Shown here: piece by piece, positions 1 through 9,288 of the stretch
Position numbering within the stretch: position 1 is the stretch's first letter
Layout: every line of letters begins with the position of its first letter
DNA from: Candidatus Poribacteria bacterium
Lineage (GTDB): Bacteria; Poribacteria; WGA-4E; PCPOR2b
Assembly (NCBI GenBank): GCA_965208675.1
Contig: OZ242351.1
Location: 960,001 to 1,024,000, forward strand
Length of the DNA: 64,000 nt
Reading direction: 5' to 3'
Notes under the pieces: generated by a model
What the model saw: the letters and a program-made list of their open reading frames with translations, nothing else
What the model was told of the DNA's origin: nothing
The model's database searches: none
Program-made: the position numbers and the translations under genes

Positions 1-548
1 CGATGGGTTCACCGCAGCGTTGGGTCGGAACATTCGCCGGTTGGGCGACTGCCAATGACTTCTTCGCCATCGGTGCAGGTCCCGGCATTATGCACTGCTG
101 CACCGGCAACGGGTCACGGGCGCTTTACTATCTCTGGGAAAATACGCTAGAATACAACGACGGAGAGTTACGGCTCAATCTGCTTCTTAACCGGAAATCT
201 CCTTGGGTGCAAGTCAGCAGCCATATCCCGTATGAAGGCAAGGTTGAGTTGAGGGTCAAGGCGGGGTGTGAAAATATTGCCGTTCGCGCGCCCGAATGGG
301 TGGAAGGGTCAAGCGGCGTACTGTCGTGCCGCGTCAACGGCGCCGTGCGCAAACTCAGTTGGAAGGACCGCTATGTGCACATCGGCGAAGCGGCGCCTGG
401 AGACACAGTTGAACTCGCATTTCCAATATCGGAACGGACGGTCGAGGAAACAGTAGGCGGCGTTCCTTACACGCTTGTAATCAGGGGCAATAACGTGGTT
501 TCCATCTCTCCGCAAGGAAAGAATTATCCGTTCTATCACCGTAATTAA
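1..548 (+). CDS. Glycoside hydrolase family 127/146-like protein, C-terminal part (5'-truncated by window edge)
   Basis: Open frame from the window start; HCCTGNGSRALY matches the GH127 'CC-x-x-N' Zn-Cys motif, followed by a beta-sandwich region (IPYEGKVELRV, VRAPEW, GDTVELAFP). Confidence 0.65.
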   Translation, partial: MGSPQRWVGTFAGWATANDFFAIGAGPGIMHCCTGNGSRALYYLWENTLEYNDGELRLNLLLNRKSPWVQVSSHIPYEGKVELRVKAGCENIAVRAPEWVEGSSGVLSCRVNGAVRKLSWKDRYVHIGEAAPGDTVELAFPISERTVEETVGGVPYTLVIRGNNVVSISPQGKNYPFYHRN

Positions 549-602
549 ATCGGTCCTGAGAACCCCCCGCACTCACCCAAATAACTGAAAAAAAACGTTC
601 AA

Positions 603-908
603 TCAGCACTTAACTTGGATTTCCCCGTCCTCAACGAGGACGTCATAAGACTTCACTTGTAACCGGACATCGGTGCGGCACACGCCGGTTTCGACATCGT
701 ATGCGTAGCCGTGAACCGGACAGATTGCCAATCCGTTTTTAATGCGTCCTCTGCCGAGTGACCCCAGGGCGTGGGCGCATGTATTATTAAGCGCGTAAAA
801 ATTCTCGCCATCGTTGAAAACCGCAACACGTTTTCCGTTTACGGTGAAGGCTTTCCCCCGCCCGACGGGTATATCCGACGTTTTTGCCACGGGCGTATAA
901 GATGACAT
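603..908 (-). CDS. Rieske [2Fe-2S] ferredoxin (NirD/dioxygenase ferredoxin-like)
   Basis: C-A-H ... C-P-V-H-G Rieske ligands, 101 aa, AGGAGGAG RBS upstream. Confidence 0.9.
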   Translation of the reverse strand: MSSYTPVAKTSDIPVGRGKAFTVNGKRVAVFNDGENFYALNNTCAHALGSLGRGRIKNGLAICPVHGYAYDVETGVCRTDVRLQVKSYDVLVEDGEIQVKC

Positions 909-1022
909 AATAGTTCTCCTCCTGTGTTAAGTTTCCATCGGCACTGGAAACACAACAAGTCTGTGCGAAATGTAAGCAGTCGCTTCAGCACATTCTTTAT
1001 TTATATTTACACACATCAAATA

Positions 1023-1060
1023 CCCCCCTGATAAGGGGGGGCTAGGGGGGTTGACACCCC
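1023..1060. repeat. GC-rich palindromic REP-like element
   Basis: CCCCCC-TGATAA-GGGGGG hairpin followed by GCTAGGGGGG and GGGG-TTGACA-CCCC-TTTTTT, intergenic downstream of nadE. Confidence 0.55.
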
Positions 1061-1158
1061 TTTTTTGATCGGATTAATATGTGTAATTTTTAGTTGTAGT
1101 GGCTATACCATCCCCATTTTACATTGATTCACGGCGGATTGTAAAGCGGCACGTCTGT

Positions 1159-3264
1159 TCACGCATTTTTAGCACCTTTATCTTCCATCTTCTCTACCAA
1201 CCGGTCAATCCTTTGAAACTGCCATGTCCAGCGGACATTGTAGAGGAATTGCCTGAGGTCAAATCGGTTGTCATCAGGCGAATAGGATTCCGCATGATAT
1301 GAAGGCGTCAACGTAGTCATCTTATGGCGGTTGAGTGAATAGTGGTAGAAAAAATACTTGACCTTTGCAGCTACTTCCTGGCGCGAAAGATGATGCCACT
1401 CATGAACCAATTTCTCGAACATGTTTACTGGCCCGCACCGATCAATTTTGCGGAGTCTTCCGAACCGGCTAAGTTCCTGGTAGGTCAACCCCATGTCCGC
1501 TTCGTCTTCCTGTGTATACGACTCGGTGATGGGTTCTAGCTCCGCTGTCGGCGGCGCGTCCAAAACATCGTTAAGAATAGTATACCCCAGATTTTCCGCC
1601 GCCCACCGCAAAAACCGGCGGAGATCCGCCTTGCTTATTCCCCCAATCGGATTTATGTCTGCACTGCTGCAGTCGTATTTTGTTACGTAGCCGCGCAGGC
1701 TTTCGTCCACATTCGCCGTTCCCAGCACTAGCAGTACCCCGCGTTTGCCGCGCACCCACGGCAACAGTTGCGCCAATAGATAGGAAAATACCATGCGCAG
1801 GCGTGCTTGGATGTTCTGCAAAGCGGTGTTTTCCGATGCCGTGCCGCCGTCCACCTTGAACCGTGGCGTTTTTTGGGTCAGCTTTATAAAGAGGGAGAGC
1901 ATTGCAGCGACGACGGAATCAATATTGACATTCAGGTGGTACGCCCCAATCTGATCTGCCAGCTTTTTCGCGCGCGTACGTGTCACGTTTGAGCTGTTCA
2001 CAGTCGCTAGATAGCATGTGTGGAGAATTCGGTTGGCGAATTCACGCGCATCGGTCGGTAGATAGCCGCCCGCCTCGTCTTCTCCGGCGATGCGGCGCGC
2101 GTCTCGGATGACCGCACGATTCCCCGCCTTTGCTTCTTTGGCTACCATTTGGCACATCGATCCGACCAAGGTAGCGACCGTGGAACTATCCGCTCCGCCC
2201 GAGATTGGCAGGAAATACCCCGCCGCACCGGAGCGCCTCAGATAATCCCATAGCCAGCAGGCAGGACCGTAGGCAATTTCTCCTTCCGGTGTGTGATAGT
2301 GAATCTCAATCGGCGGGGATGGCGCAAGTCCATAATCCTCGGCGGTAAGGTCGAAATCCACGGCAACTCTGGGAACCAATTCCGATTGGCTCGCCTGCAC
2401 GCCGCGGCTAGTCTTCGCCCCGCGATATGAGCGGACATCTTCCAAATCCAGCGTGGCGGTTAACACTTCAACGTCGTTTAGCGAGAACTGTGTACCTTGC
2501 GCCACAATCTCGCCGTTAACGGCAATCATGGCACAGCCGTCGAAGTAAAGACGTCCCCCATCGCAGCCTTGCTGGTTTGCGTAGAGGTAGACGCCGCCGG
2601 CTTTTGACGTGGCGTTGCGGATGAGATTTACGCGCTGGTCGAGTTTACGAAGTTCGTGATGCGATCCCGAAGCGTTCGTGATAATTTCAACCCCGTTCAA
2701 GCTGAGGTAGATATGCGGGCTATTCGGTGCAAAAAGTCCCTCGCACGTTTCCGCAGCAAGCACAGTGTCACGCGTCGCGACGGCGGCATCGCCGAACGGG
2801 ACGGTATCCTGACCGGTGATTTCCCGAATCATGCGCGGCAGATAGAAGTCTTCTAGTGTCTTGGAATGCTGCCACGCGGCGAACCACCGCATTTCACGGT
2901 AATTTCCGTCCGCCGCGAGAATCGGCTTCGGTATAATCAGGACAATTTTTCGATCCAGCACGAGAATGCGGCAGTTGTACCGCACATTCTTGTGCATCAC
3001 CGGCATCCCGATATCGCAAAGCATGCCTGTAGTCAAATCGCCCTTCAGTATCTCGGCGAGGCACTCCCACGAATGAAGAAAAGTATCCTGCTCCAGAAAA
3101 TGATCTTCGCATCCGTAACCGGAAATCTCTAATTCGGGCCCTACGCGATATCGTGCTCCCTTTTCTTTTGCAATCTGAATCGAGGCAACAATTCGCTCAA
3201 GATTTCCTTCGAAGTCCATCGCCCATTGATTGAGATTACAGGTCGCGAGGGTTACTAATTTCAT
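1159..3264 (-). CDS. nadE: Glutamine-dependent NAD+ synthetase, eukaryote-type (NADSYN1/Qns1-like)
   Basis: Nitrilase-like glutaminase domain ([15 protein letters not shown], catalytic Glu/Lys/Cys) plus synthetase domain ([32 protein letters not shown]). Start set at [14 protein letters not shown] (ATG 3264); the ORF track extends to 3354. Confidence 0.95.
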   Translation of the reverse strand: MKLVTLATCNLNQWAMDFEGNLERIVASIQIAKEKGARYRVGPELEISGYGCEDHFLEQDTFLHSWECLAEILKGDLTTGMLCDIGMPVMHKNVRYNCRILVLDRKIVLIIPKPILAADGNYREMRWFAAWQHSKTLEDFYLPRMIREITGQDTVPFGDAAVATRDTVLAAETCEGLFAPNSPHIYLSLNGVEIITNASGSHHELRKLDQRVNLIRNATSKAGGVYLYANQQGCDGGRLYFDGCAMIAVNGEIVAQGTQFSLNDVEVLTATLDLEDVRSYRGAKTSRGVQASQSELVPRVAVDFDLTAEDYGLAPSPPIEIHYHTPEGEIAYGPACWLWDYLRRSGAAGYFLPISGGADSSTVATLVGSMCQMVAKEAKAGNRAVIRDARRIAGEDEAGGYLPTDAREFANRILHTCYLATVNSSNVTRTRAKKLADQIGAYHLNVNIDSVVAAMLSLFIKLTQKTPRFKVDGGTASENTALQNIQARLRMVFSYLLAQLLPWVRGKRGVLLVLGTANVDESLRGYVTKYDCSSADINPIGGISKADLRRFLRWAAENLGYTILNDVLDAPPTAELEPITESYTQEDEADMGLTYQELSRFGRLRKIDRCGPVNMFEKLVHEWHHLSRQEVAAKVKYFFYHYSLNRHKMTTLTPSYHAESYSPDDNRFDLRQFLYNVRWTWQFQRIDRLVEKMEDKGAKNA

Positions 3265-3745
3265 AGTTTTTCCGTTTCGTGCCAGCGATACAGGCCAGTC
3301 AGATGTCAAATGCCCTACCGCCGCAATTCCTGTTTCACTAGTTCCATTTTCCATCGCGCAAGATACGGGTGTCTAGTGTTTTACACGAGGTTGGCGGCGC
3401 AAAACGCCGAATATTTTAGCATAAACCGCGGTTTGTATGCGGTAGATAATGGTTTCACGCAGTGCACCCGAAGCGCAAGAAGCCGGGCAAGACGCTGGAC
3501 CGCTCCATGGTTTTTGTGACAGAATTTCACAGTTTTCACAGTAAACCGAAAGAACCGGCGAACGAAATATGCCCACAAACATAGGTGTGGTGCGGGTTTA
3601 GCCGACTTTTAAGAAAATGTTACTGTGAAATATTCAAAGTTTTTGTAAGGTATGCGTTTGTGATTGTAGAATTAAATTACTCCGCCTAAAGTTGTCTCCG
3701 TCCATGCGTTGGTCCCAACGAGATCGGCAGAGCCCTTGCCGTATT

Positions 3746-3989
3746 TTGTCTGAATCAGGATACTCAGGATTAAAGGATTCACAGGATAGATTATCCATTA
3801 TCCTCATGGTGATTGACGTTATAAATTCTTATTCAGATGCGCACTTGAGCAACTCGAAACTATCGTCCAATCTTTTCCGAATTTAGACTTGCAGGGTTGA
3901 TAAGCTCAAGAGGATTATTAGGATAGATGGTGTTGTTGAGATCTCCTATCCTGAAAATCCTTTAATCCTGGATATCCTGATTCAGACAA
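3746..3989. repeat. 44-bp imperfect inverted repeat pair (3746-3789 / 3946-3989), REP/MITE-like
   Basis: Left arm ttgtctgaatcaggatactcaggattaaaggattcacaggatag vs reverse complement of right arm ttgtctgaatcaggatatccaggattaaaggattttcaggatag: 4 mismatches; arms built of ~9-bp AGGAT units. Confidence 0.85.
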
Positions 3990-4046
3990 TTTACACAGCC
4001 ATCTCCTGAATCATCTTCGCTTCGTGCCTGAATCTGAATTTACGGG

Positions 4047-4418
4047 TTACTCTCTATCGTTGAATATGCGTTTGTATTCCAAACGATTTGCTCCGAAATT
4101 GATGAGAAGCCCGATTTTAAAATCGTAAGCGACGACATAGTTTTTTGCTTGTGCAATATGCACGTCCTCTAGGTGAGTCAACGCTTTTAATTCAACGACG
4201 ACTTGATTGGCGACTATAAAATCCGCTCTTCTAGTTCCAACTTCAACGCCGCGATAAAAGACTGGCTGTTCCACCTCACGACCAAAATTGATACCTGCGC
4301 TTTCAAATTCAATTGCCAGACACCTTTGATAAATCACCTCCTGAAAGCCATTTCCAAGCCTCTTATGCACTTCCATCGCGCAGCCGATGATTTGATAAGT
4401 CAAACTATCTTTTATCAT
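4047..4418 (-). CDS. GxxExxY protein (PD-(D/E)XK nuclease-like)
   Basis: GNGFQEVIY (GxxExxY), RADFIV...VVVELKA, GLLINFG; start uncertain (4418, or up to 4484). Confidence 0.92.
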   Translation of the reverse strand: MIKDSLTYQIIGCAMEVHKRLGNGFQEVIYQRCLAIEFESAGINFGREVEQPVFYRGVEVGTRRADFIVANQVVVELKALTHLEDVHIAQAKNYVVAYDFKIGLLINFGANRLEYKRIFNDRE

Positions 4419-4603
4419 ATTGAGATAATCTTTACCCGGTGTCTCTTGATTCAGACAATTTACTCTGCCGCTCCTTAAATTCACTGTAATGACAGGACAG
4501 ACAAGTCAGTCCGAACGTGGGAGAGGCATACCTGTCTCGATAATCGGGCGAGGGATTGCCGCCCAACAGTGCGTCCTTGTCAGATGGGTTATCTCAATCG
4601 CGT

Positions 4604-5557
4604 TTATTTTTGCACTTCACGCAGCAAATTTACCCAGCTCTGGCGTTCTCGTGCGGGGTCTACAAGCGGTTTAAGCCGTTCACACCACGTCTTGACAGTA
4701 TTGTAAAACGCCGGGTCTGTCTCAATTCGCTCTAGGAGTTTCGCCAATGCGTACGTATCGCCTACCGGAAAGTAGCCCGGATAATCCTCGCCGAGTAGAC
4801 CGATTGATCCGGATATTTGCGACGAAATGACGGGCGCCGAACAGGCGATCGCCTCGCCAACCACATTCGCGCCGCCCTCCATCTGTGAAGTCAACACGAG
4901 CGCGCGGCATCGGGCTAACCGGCGAAGTGCCTTCCAGCGAGGAATTTCCCCTAACCAACGATAGCGCGGATTGGACGCTTCTTCCGCTCTTGCGGTTTTT
5001 TCCAATTCCTGGCTTAGGGCGGCGCCGATATGCACCACTTGGATTCGCGAGTCGCCGCGCAGGCAGCGGGAAGCCATCGCTGTCCTGAATGGGTCCTTCA
5101 CGGGACGCAGATGTCCAATCACTCACACCTCAAAGACATCTTTTTTTGGAGAAAAGACGCCCGTCGGTGTCTTCACAGATTGGTAAATGACGCTAGCCTT
5201 GTTTCGCAAACGCACCGGAAGTTCATCAATACCCACCGCTTGCAGCACGATGAACCGCGACGCCATCTCCAGCGATTCTTGAGCGGACGAATCGGTATGG
5301 ATATCGCTGTACAGATCTGTTCCGGTCAGCGCCAGGATGAGCGGTAGGTCGGGGTATTTTTCCCGAAAGCGTTTAATGGAAACATAACTGCGGCGTGCGT
5401 GAAGCGCGACCATCAAATCGCACCGCTCGCCGCCGTACGCTTGCTGAACCAGGACATCGTGACCCAACTCGCGCAATATGCGAGCCCAGCGCAGCGCCGT
5501 AACACGGTTTCCTTTGCGGGAGCGCGGCGGCGCCGGGGTAACCATACAAATTTTCAT
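4604..5557 (-). CDS. senB: Selenosugar synthase SenB (GT-B glycosyltransferase) with in-frame TGA at 5123-5125
   Basis: MKICMVTPAPPRSRKGNRVTALRW, LTGTDLY, GHLRPVKDP, EGGANVVGEA. ORFs 5123..5557 and 4604..5122 are in the same frame and join as ...DVFEV*VIGHLR... (317 aa on readthrough); directly downstream of senA. Confidence 0.88.
5086..5125 (-). promoter_or_regulatory. Candidate bacterial SECIS element
   Basis: mRNA UGAGUG-AUUGGACAUCUGC-GUCC-CGUGAA-GGAC-C-CAUUCA: UGAGUG/CAUUCA lower stem, GUCC/GGAC upper stem, apical loop 20 nt after UGA with G at loop position 2. Hand-folded only. Confidence 0.35.
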
Positions 5558-5644
5558 AGTGTTCTCTTCAGGAGTTTGAAGTGAAAACGGCGGAAATATC
5601 TCATTTTATTATGTTAGCGTCATGGCGTTAACTGTGGCTGCGCA

Positions 5645-6958
5645 TCAGTCGAGCACGCAGGTGCGAAATCCAGCCAGCACGTCCCGCCGATCCGGCGTAT
5701 AGAAATTGCGCCAGGTGTTGCGCAGCATCCGGGAACGCGTTGTCCAGCACCCGCCGCGCAGTACCTTTCGAGATTCGAACCAGGGGGCGGAATATTCCTT
5801 GTACAGGTCAACCGCAAAACCTGGATATGGGTGAAAACTGCTGCTCGTCCATTCCCACACATTGCCCATCATCTGACGGCAGCCGAAACCGCTGTCGCCC
5901 GCTGGTAATGCGTTTACACTGACACAACCCATCTGATTCCAATCCAAGTTAGCCCGCTCAGGCGTATGCGGTTCGCCGCCCCAAGGGAAGCGCCGCTTCG
6001 CTGACGAAAGCCCCTCACCGTCGAGGCGCGGTTCTGCGGAGGCAGCAACCTCCCACTCAACCTCTGTTGGGAGCCGGCGCTTCGCCCAACGGCAGTACGC
6101 CTCAACCTCATACCAGTTGACATGGATGACGGGAAGGCCGGGTTCGAGCGGCACCCATTCGTCAAAATGCCGCCGCAACCATTCGCCAGCCGTGTCACAA
6201 CGCCAATAGACGGGATGTCGTGCCGCCTCCGATTTACGCCAATCCCATCCGTCCGGACTCCAAAGGTCGCTTCGGCGGTAACCATCATCGTCCACAAATG
6301 CAGCGAATTCGGATTGGGTGACCGCGGTAGGCGCAATCGCAAATGGTTTGACCTCGACAGGATGCGCCCATTTTTCATTGTCAAACACGAATTCTTCAGC
6401 TTGAGCCGCGCCCAACAGGAAGATCCCGCCGGGAATTTCAACATCGCCGTGAAGCGTGTTGTCCTTGCAGTCTTCAGGGTGAGGGGCCATGCCAGTCGAG
6501 AACGCCGGCGGACGATAACCCAGCGTTTGCCGCGTATACGTGAACGCTTCGGTGTGCATATCTTCGTGAAAAACGGCATATCGGGTGAGATAGATTTGCT
6601 CATCACTCAATTCCCCGCTTTCAATAGTTTCGATAACCGCATCGCGGACGTTGCGCATGTACGCCAGCGTCTCTTCGCGAGTTGGAATCGACAGCGCCCA
6701 GCGTGTATCGTGTGCGATAGCTATTGAATCCCAGAGTGCGTCCGCGTCGTCCCGAATCGGTTTCTGTTTGCAAGCGTGCCGCAGCACCCATTTTTCTTGA
6801 AACCACGCCACATGCCCGATCTCCCACAACGGCGGGTTTACGATTGGTAAGTACGGTCCTATTAGCTGCTCGTCATCCAAATCGGTGACCAAATCGATCG
6901 TTCGCTGGCGTGCATCGTACACCCACTCAGCGAGCTGTGCCGTTATATCGCATTTCAT
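5645..6958 (-). CDS. senA: Selenoneine synthase SenA (EgtB-family non-heme iron DinB + FGE-sulfatase domain protein)
   Basis: IVNPPLWEIGHVAWFQE, HEDMHTEAF iron-binding His motif, RLPTEVEWE, GNVWEW, RNFYTPDRRDVLAGFRT; adjacent to senB. Confidence 0.88.
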   Translation of the reverse strand: MKCDITAQLAEWVYDARQRTIDLVTDLDDEQLIGPYLPIVNPPLWEIGHVAWFQEKWVLRHACKQKPIRDDADALWDSIAIAHDTRWALSIPTREETLAYMRNVRDAVIETIESGELSDEQIYLTRYAVFHEDMHTEAFTYTRQTLGYRPPAFSTGMAPHPEDCKDNTLHGDVEIPGGIFLLGAAQAEEFVFDNEKWAHPVEVKPFAIAPTAVTQSEFAAFVDDDGYRRSDLWSPDGWDWRKSEAARHPVYWRCDTAGEWLRRHFDEWVPLEPGLPVIHVNWYEVEAYCRWAKRRLPTEVEWEVAASAEPRLDGEGLSSAKRRFPWGGEPHTPERANLDWNQMGCVSVNALPAGDSGFGCRQMMGNVWEWTSSSFHPYPGFAVDLYKEYSAPWFESRKVLRGGCWTTRSRMLRNTWRNFYTPDRRDVLAGFRTCVLD

Positions 6959-7169
6959 GCCTAAACCTTTTGGCTCGTGTCAAAGATTTTAAACGCAAAA
7001 AGTCTAGCACAACAGAAATAGGGATGCAACTGAAATTAGTCCGCACGAGATGTAACAACGCAACGGTAGATTCGGCATAGTGACGTGGGAAAACGGTTGC
7101 GTTTCAACTTGCAACTGGGTAAAATATTGAGAGGACACGATTTGAAATGATGGACTAAATTTTACGCAC

Positions 7170-9266
7170 ATGAATGAAGGAAAACACAAACTCAGGTTAG
7201 TTGTAATGGGCGATCTTTCACATTCGCCAGAGGCATCGCCCGAATTGGATGAAGCTATCGACGACCTTAACCGGTTGCACCCAGATATCATCATGGTCAC
7301 CGGCGATTTGGACGACACCCGCCACGGTTTCGAGGCTGTCCGCCAAATGCTGCGCGCCTTCGACGGGATTGTGTTGCCCGCAATCGGCAATCATGACCTT
7401 GACTTGGAGGGTTGCGAAACAGACGAGGCAAATATTAAGTTGTTTGTTGACTCATTCCGGTTGGAAAACCACTACTATGCTTATGAACATTCAGGGTTAC
7501 GGTTCATTACGCTCAGCGCAGAACGGCATCGAAGCCTTCCCTGGCAGCCGCATGAGGTTTTTTTGAGCGGTGAACAACTCGACTGGTTTCGCCGAACGTT
7601 GGAAGCGCACCCTGCGACACCAACAATCGTACAGTGCCACGCCCCGGTATTCGGCACACATATTCCGGTCATCCCAACGGTTCACGTCCGTTCAACGAAC
7701 GCCTACATCAATCATAACCATCACCCCGAGCGGATTCTTGAACTCATCGGTCAATACCCACAGATAATCCTGTGGTTTTCCGGACACTCTCATCTCGGTC
7801 AAGGCTATCCCAATTCAATCTGTTCCCATCACGGCGTCTATTTTGTTCACGTCGGAGTCCACAGCAGCCGAGCGACACGTGATGGACGCCGACACTCTCG
7901 CGTTTTGGAAATTGAAACTGACCATATCTTGATTCGGACTTTCGATCATGCGGGTCGAGCGATTGTTCCGCGTTACGACTATGTGCTAGATGAAAGCCCT
8001 GTCGGCTTGATGTCGTGTTGGCAGGCTTATACACGGGCGAATTTTCTGTCAGGACACTTAAAGGGATTTCACGTCGGTAATGACGGTTTATCTCTAAAGC
8101 CAATGCCGACAAGCCGCTATCTGGCATATCTTGACGCACCCGCATCGCCCGGTATCCATGCAATTTGCCCCACCGAAAGAAAAATTTTCGTTGCGACGGA
8201 AGGCGGTTATGTGTGGGAATATGACCGCACCTCGGGGTTGCCGCTCGGGGCAATCTACCTGGATAAATCTCCAACGAACATCCTTGCGACCGATACACAT
8301 GTGTGGATTGGCGGCGGCGACGGGTATCTACGACGAATAGCCATTGATCGCCCTGAACGATTTTTACGAAACAATAGCACTGATGTCCATGACGGCGAAA
8401 TTCCTATCAAGGGAATAATCCGCACAATGCGAATAATAGATGGAGATCGACTGCTTGTGGGCGCGGACCGGCGGCTCTATGAGGTAAACTGTCAAACCGA
8501 GGAACTAAGGCCGAAGGCGATATTCAAAATGAACATCCACGCGCTGATGTCTGATCGAGAGCGTCTCTATGTGCTCACAGCGAACGGCAAACTTGAGGTT
8601 TTCTCCATTTCCGAGCTTCAACTGCAAAAAACACTTCAAATTCCACCGCAACTCCGCAAGTCGGGCTTCCCGTTTGGGGTTGATTTCATCCATATTTCAG
8701 AAAAACGTTGCTTTCTTGTTTCCAAGCATCATCGAACTATCCTTCAATGTAACTTGAACAATATGGAGGTTGCTGATCAGTTCCGCGTGCCGGGAAAAAT
8801 TCGAACCGCTCTGTTTGATGACCGGGAGATATACCTGTTAACCGAGACCGGACGCCTTACCTGCCTAGACGTAAAGGGAATGACAATCAAGATGCAACGA
8901 GATCTCGAGATGGAAGCCGCTTCTACCATGGCGTTAGATAACGAATTCGTTTATGTTGCAACGTGCAACCCCAATAGCGCGCGGCAGGAAGTTCAAATTA
9001 TTGAACGATCCGCGAAAATGATCGGAAATCTCGTTTATTCTGTACGCAGTGTCGAAAATATTTATCCCGAATTAGAACTGGACATGGAGTTGACGGAGGG
9101 CAATTTTTTCCATACCGACCTTCGTGCAAAAGCCGATGAAAAGTGGGTGAAAGTGACCGACGATGAATTGTTGAGCCGAGAGTTTGAAATACGTATGACA
9201 CTCGGGCGCAGCCAAGCAGAGGCACTGCCGTATATCTCACGCATGAAGTTGAAGGGAAAGGGATAA
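7170..9266 (+). CDS. Calcineurin-like metallophosphoesterase fused to a predicted beta-propeller domain
   Basis: GDL-S-H, TGDL, GNHD, H, SGHSH motifs in the N-terminal ~260 aa; C-terminal repeats of 'IFVATEGGYVWEYD', 'VWIGGGDGYLRRI', 'LYVLTANGKLEVF', 'IYLLTETGRLTCLD' resemble propeller blades. Confidence 0.75.
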   Translation: MNEGKHKLRLVVMGDLSHSPEASPELDEAIDDLNRLHPDIIMVTGDLDDTRHGFEAVRQMLRAFDGIVLPAIGNHDLDLEGCETDEANIKLFVDSFRLENHYYAYEHSGLRFITLSAERHRSLPWQPHEVFLSGEQLDWFRRTLEAHPATPTIVQCHAPVFGTHIPVIPTVHVRSTNAYINHNHHPERILELIGQYPQIILWFSGHSHLGQGYPNSICSHHGVYFVHVGVHSSRATRDGRRHSRVLEIETDHILIRTFDHAGRAIVPRYDYVLDESPVGLMSCWQAYTRANFLSGHLKGFHVGNDGLSLKPMPTSRYLAYLDAPASPGIHAICPTERKIFVATEGGYVWEYDRTSGLPLGAIYLDKSPTNILATDTHVWIGGGDGYLRRIAIDRPERFLRNNSTDVHDGEIPIKGIIRTMRIIDGDRLLVGADRRLYEVNCQTEELRPKAIFKMNIHALMSDRERLYVLTANGKLEVFSISELQLQKTLQIPPQLRKSGFPFGVDFIHISEKRCFLVSKHHRTILQCNLNNMEVADQFRVPGKIRTALFDDREIYLLTETGRLTCLDVKGMTIKMQRDLEMEAASTMALDNEFVYVATCNPNSARQEVQIIERSAKMIGNLVYSVRSVENIYPELELDMELTEGNFFHTDLRAKADEKWVKVTDDELLSREFEIRMTLGRSQAEALPYISRMKLKGKG

Positions 9267-9288
9267 TTCAGCAATTAAGTTGCAAAGA

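Noticed and set aside
3514-3542. Rex/CRP-like palindrome TTGTGA-cagaatt-TCACA upstream of nadE
   Set aside because: Spacer is 7 nt rather than the 6 required for CRP/Rex boxes; no other support.
3746-4463. CRISPR array
   Set aside because: Repeats are mainly inverted, number only 2-3 with irregular spacing, and no cas genes are present.
5645-6958. Calling the gene egtB or a formylglycine-generating enzyme
   Set aside because: The N-terminal DinB-like iron site rules out plain FGE; adjacency to senB favours SenA over EgtB.
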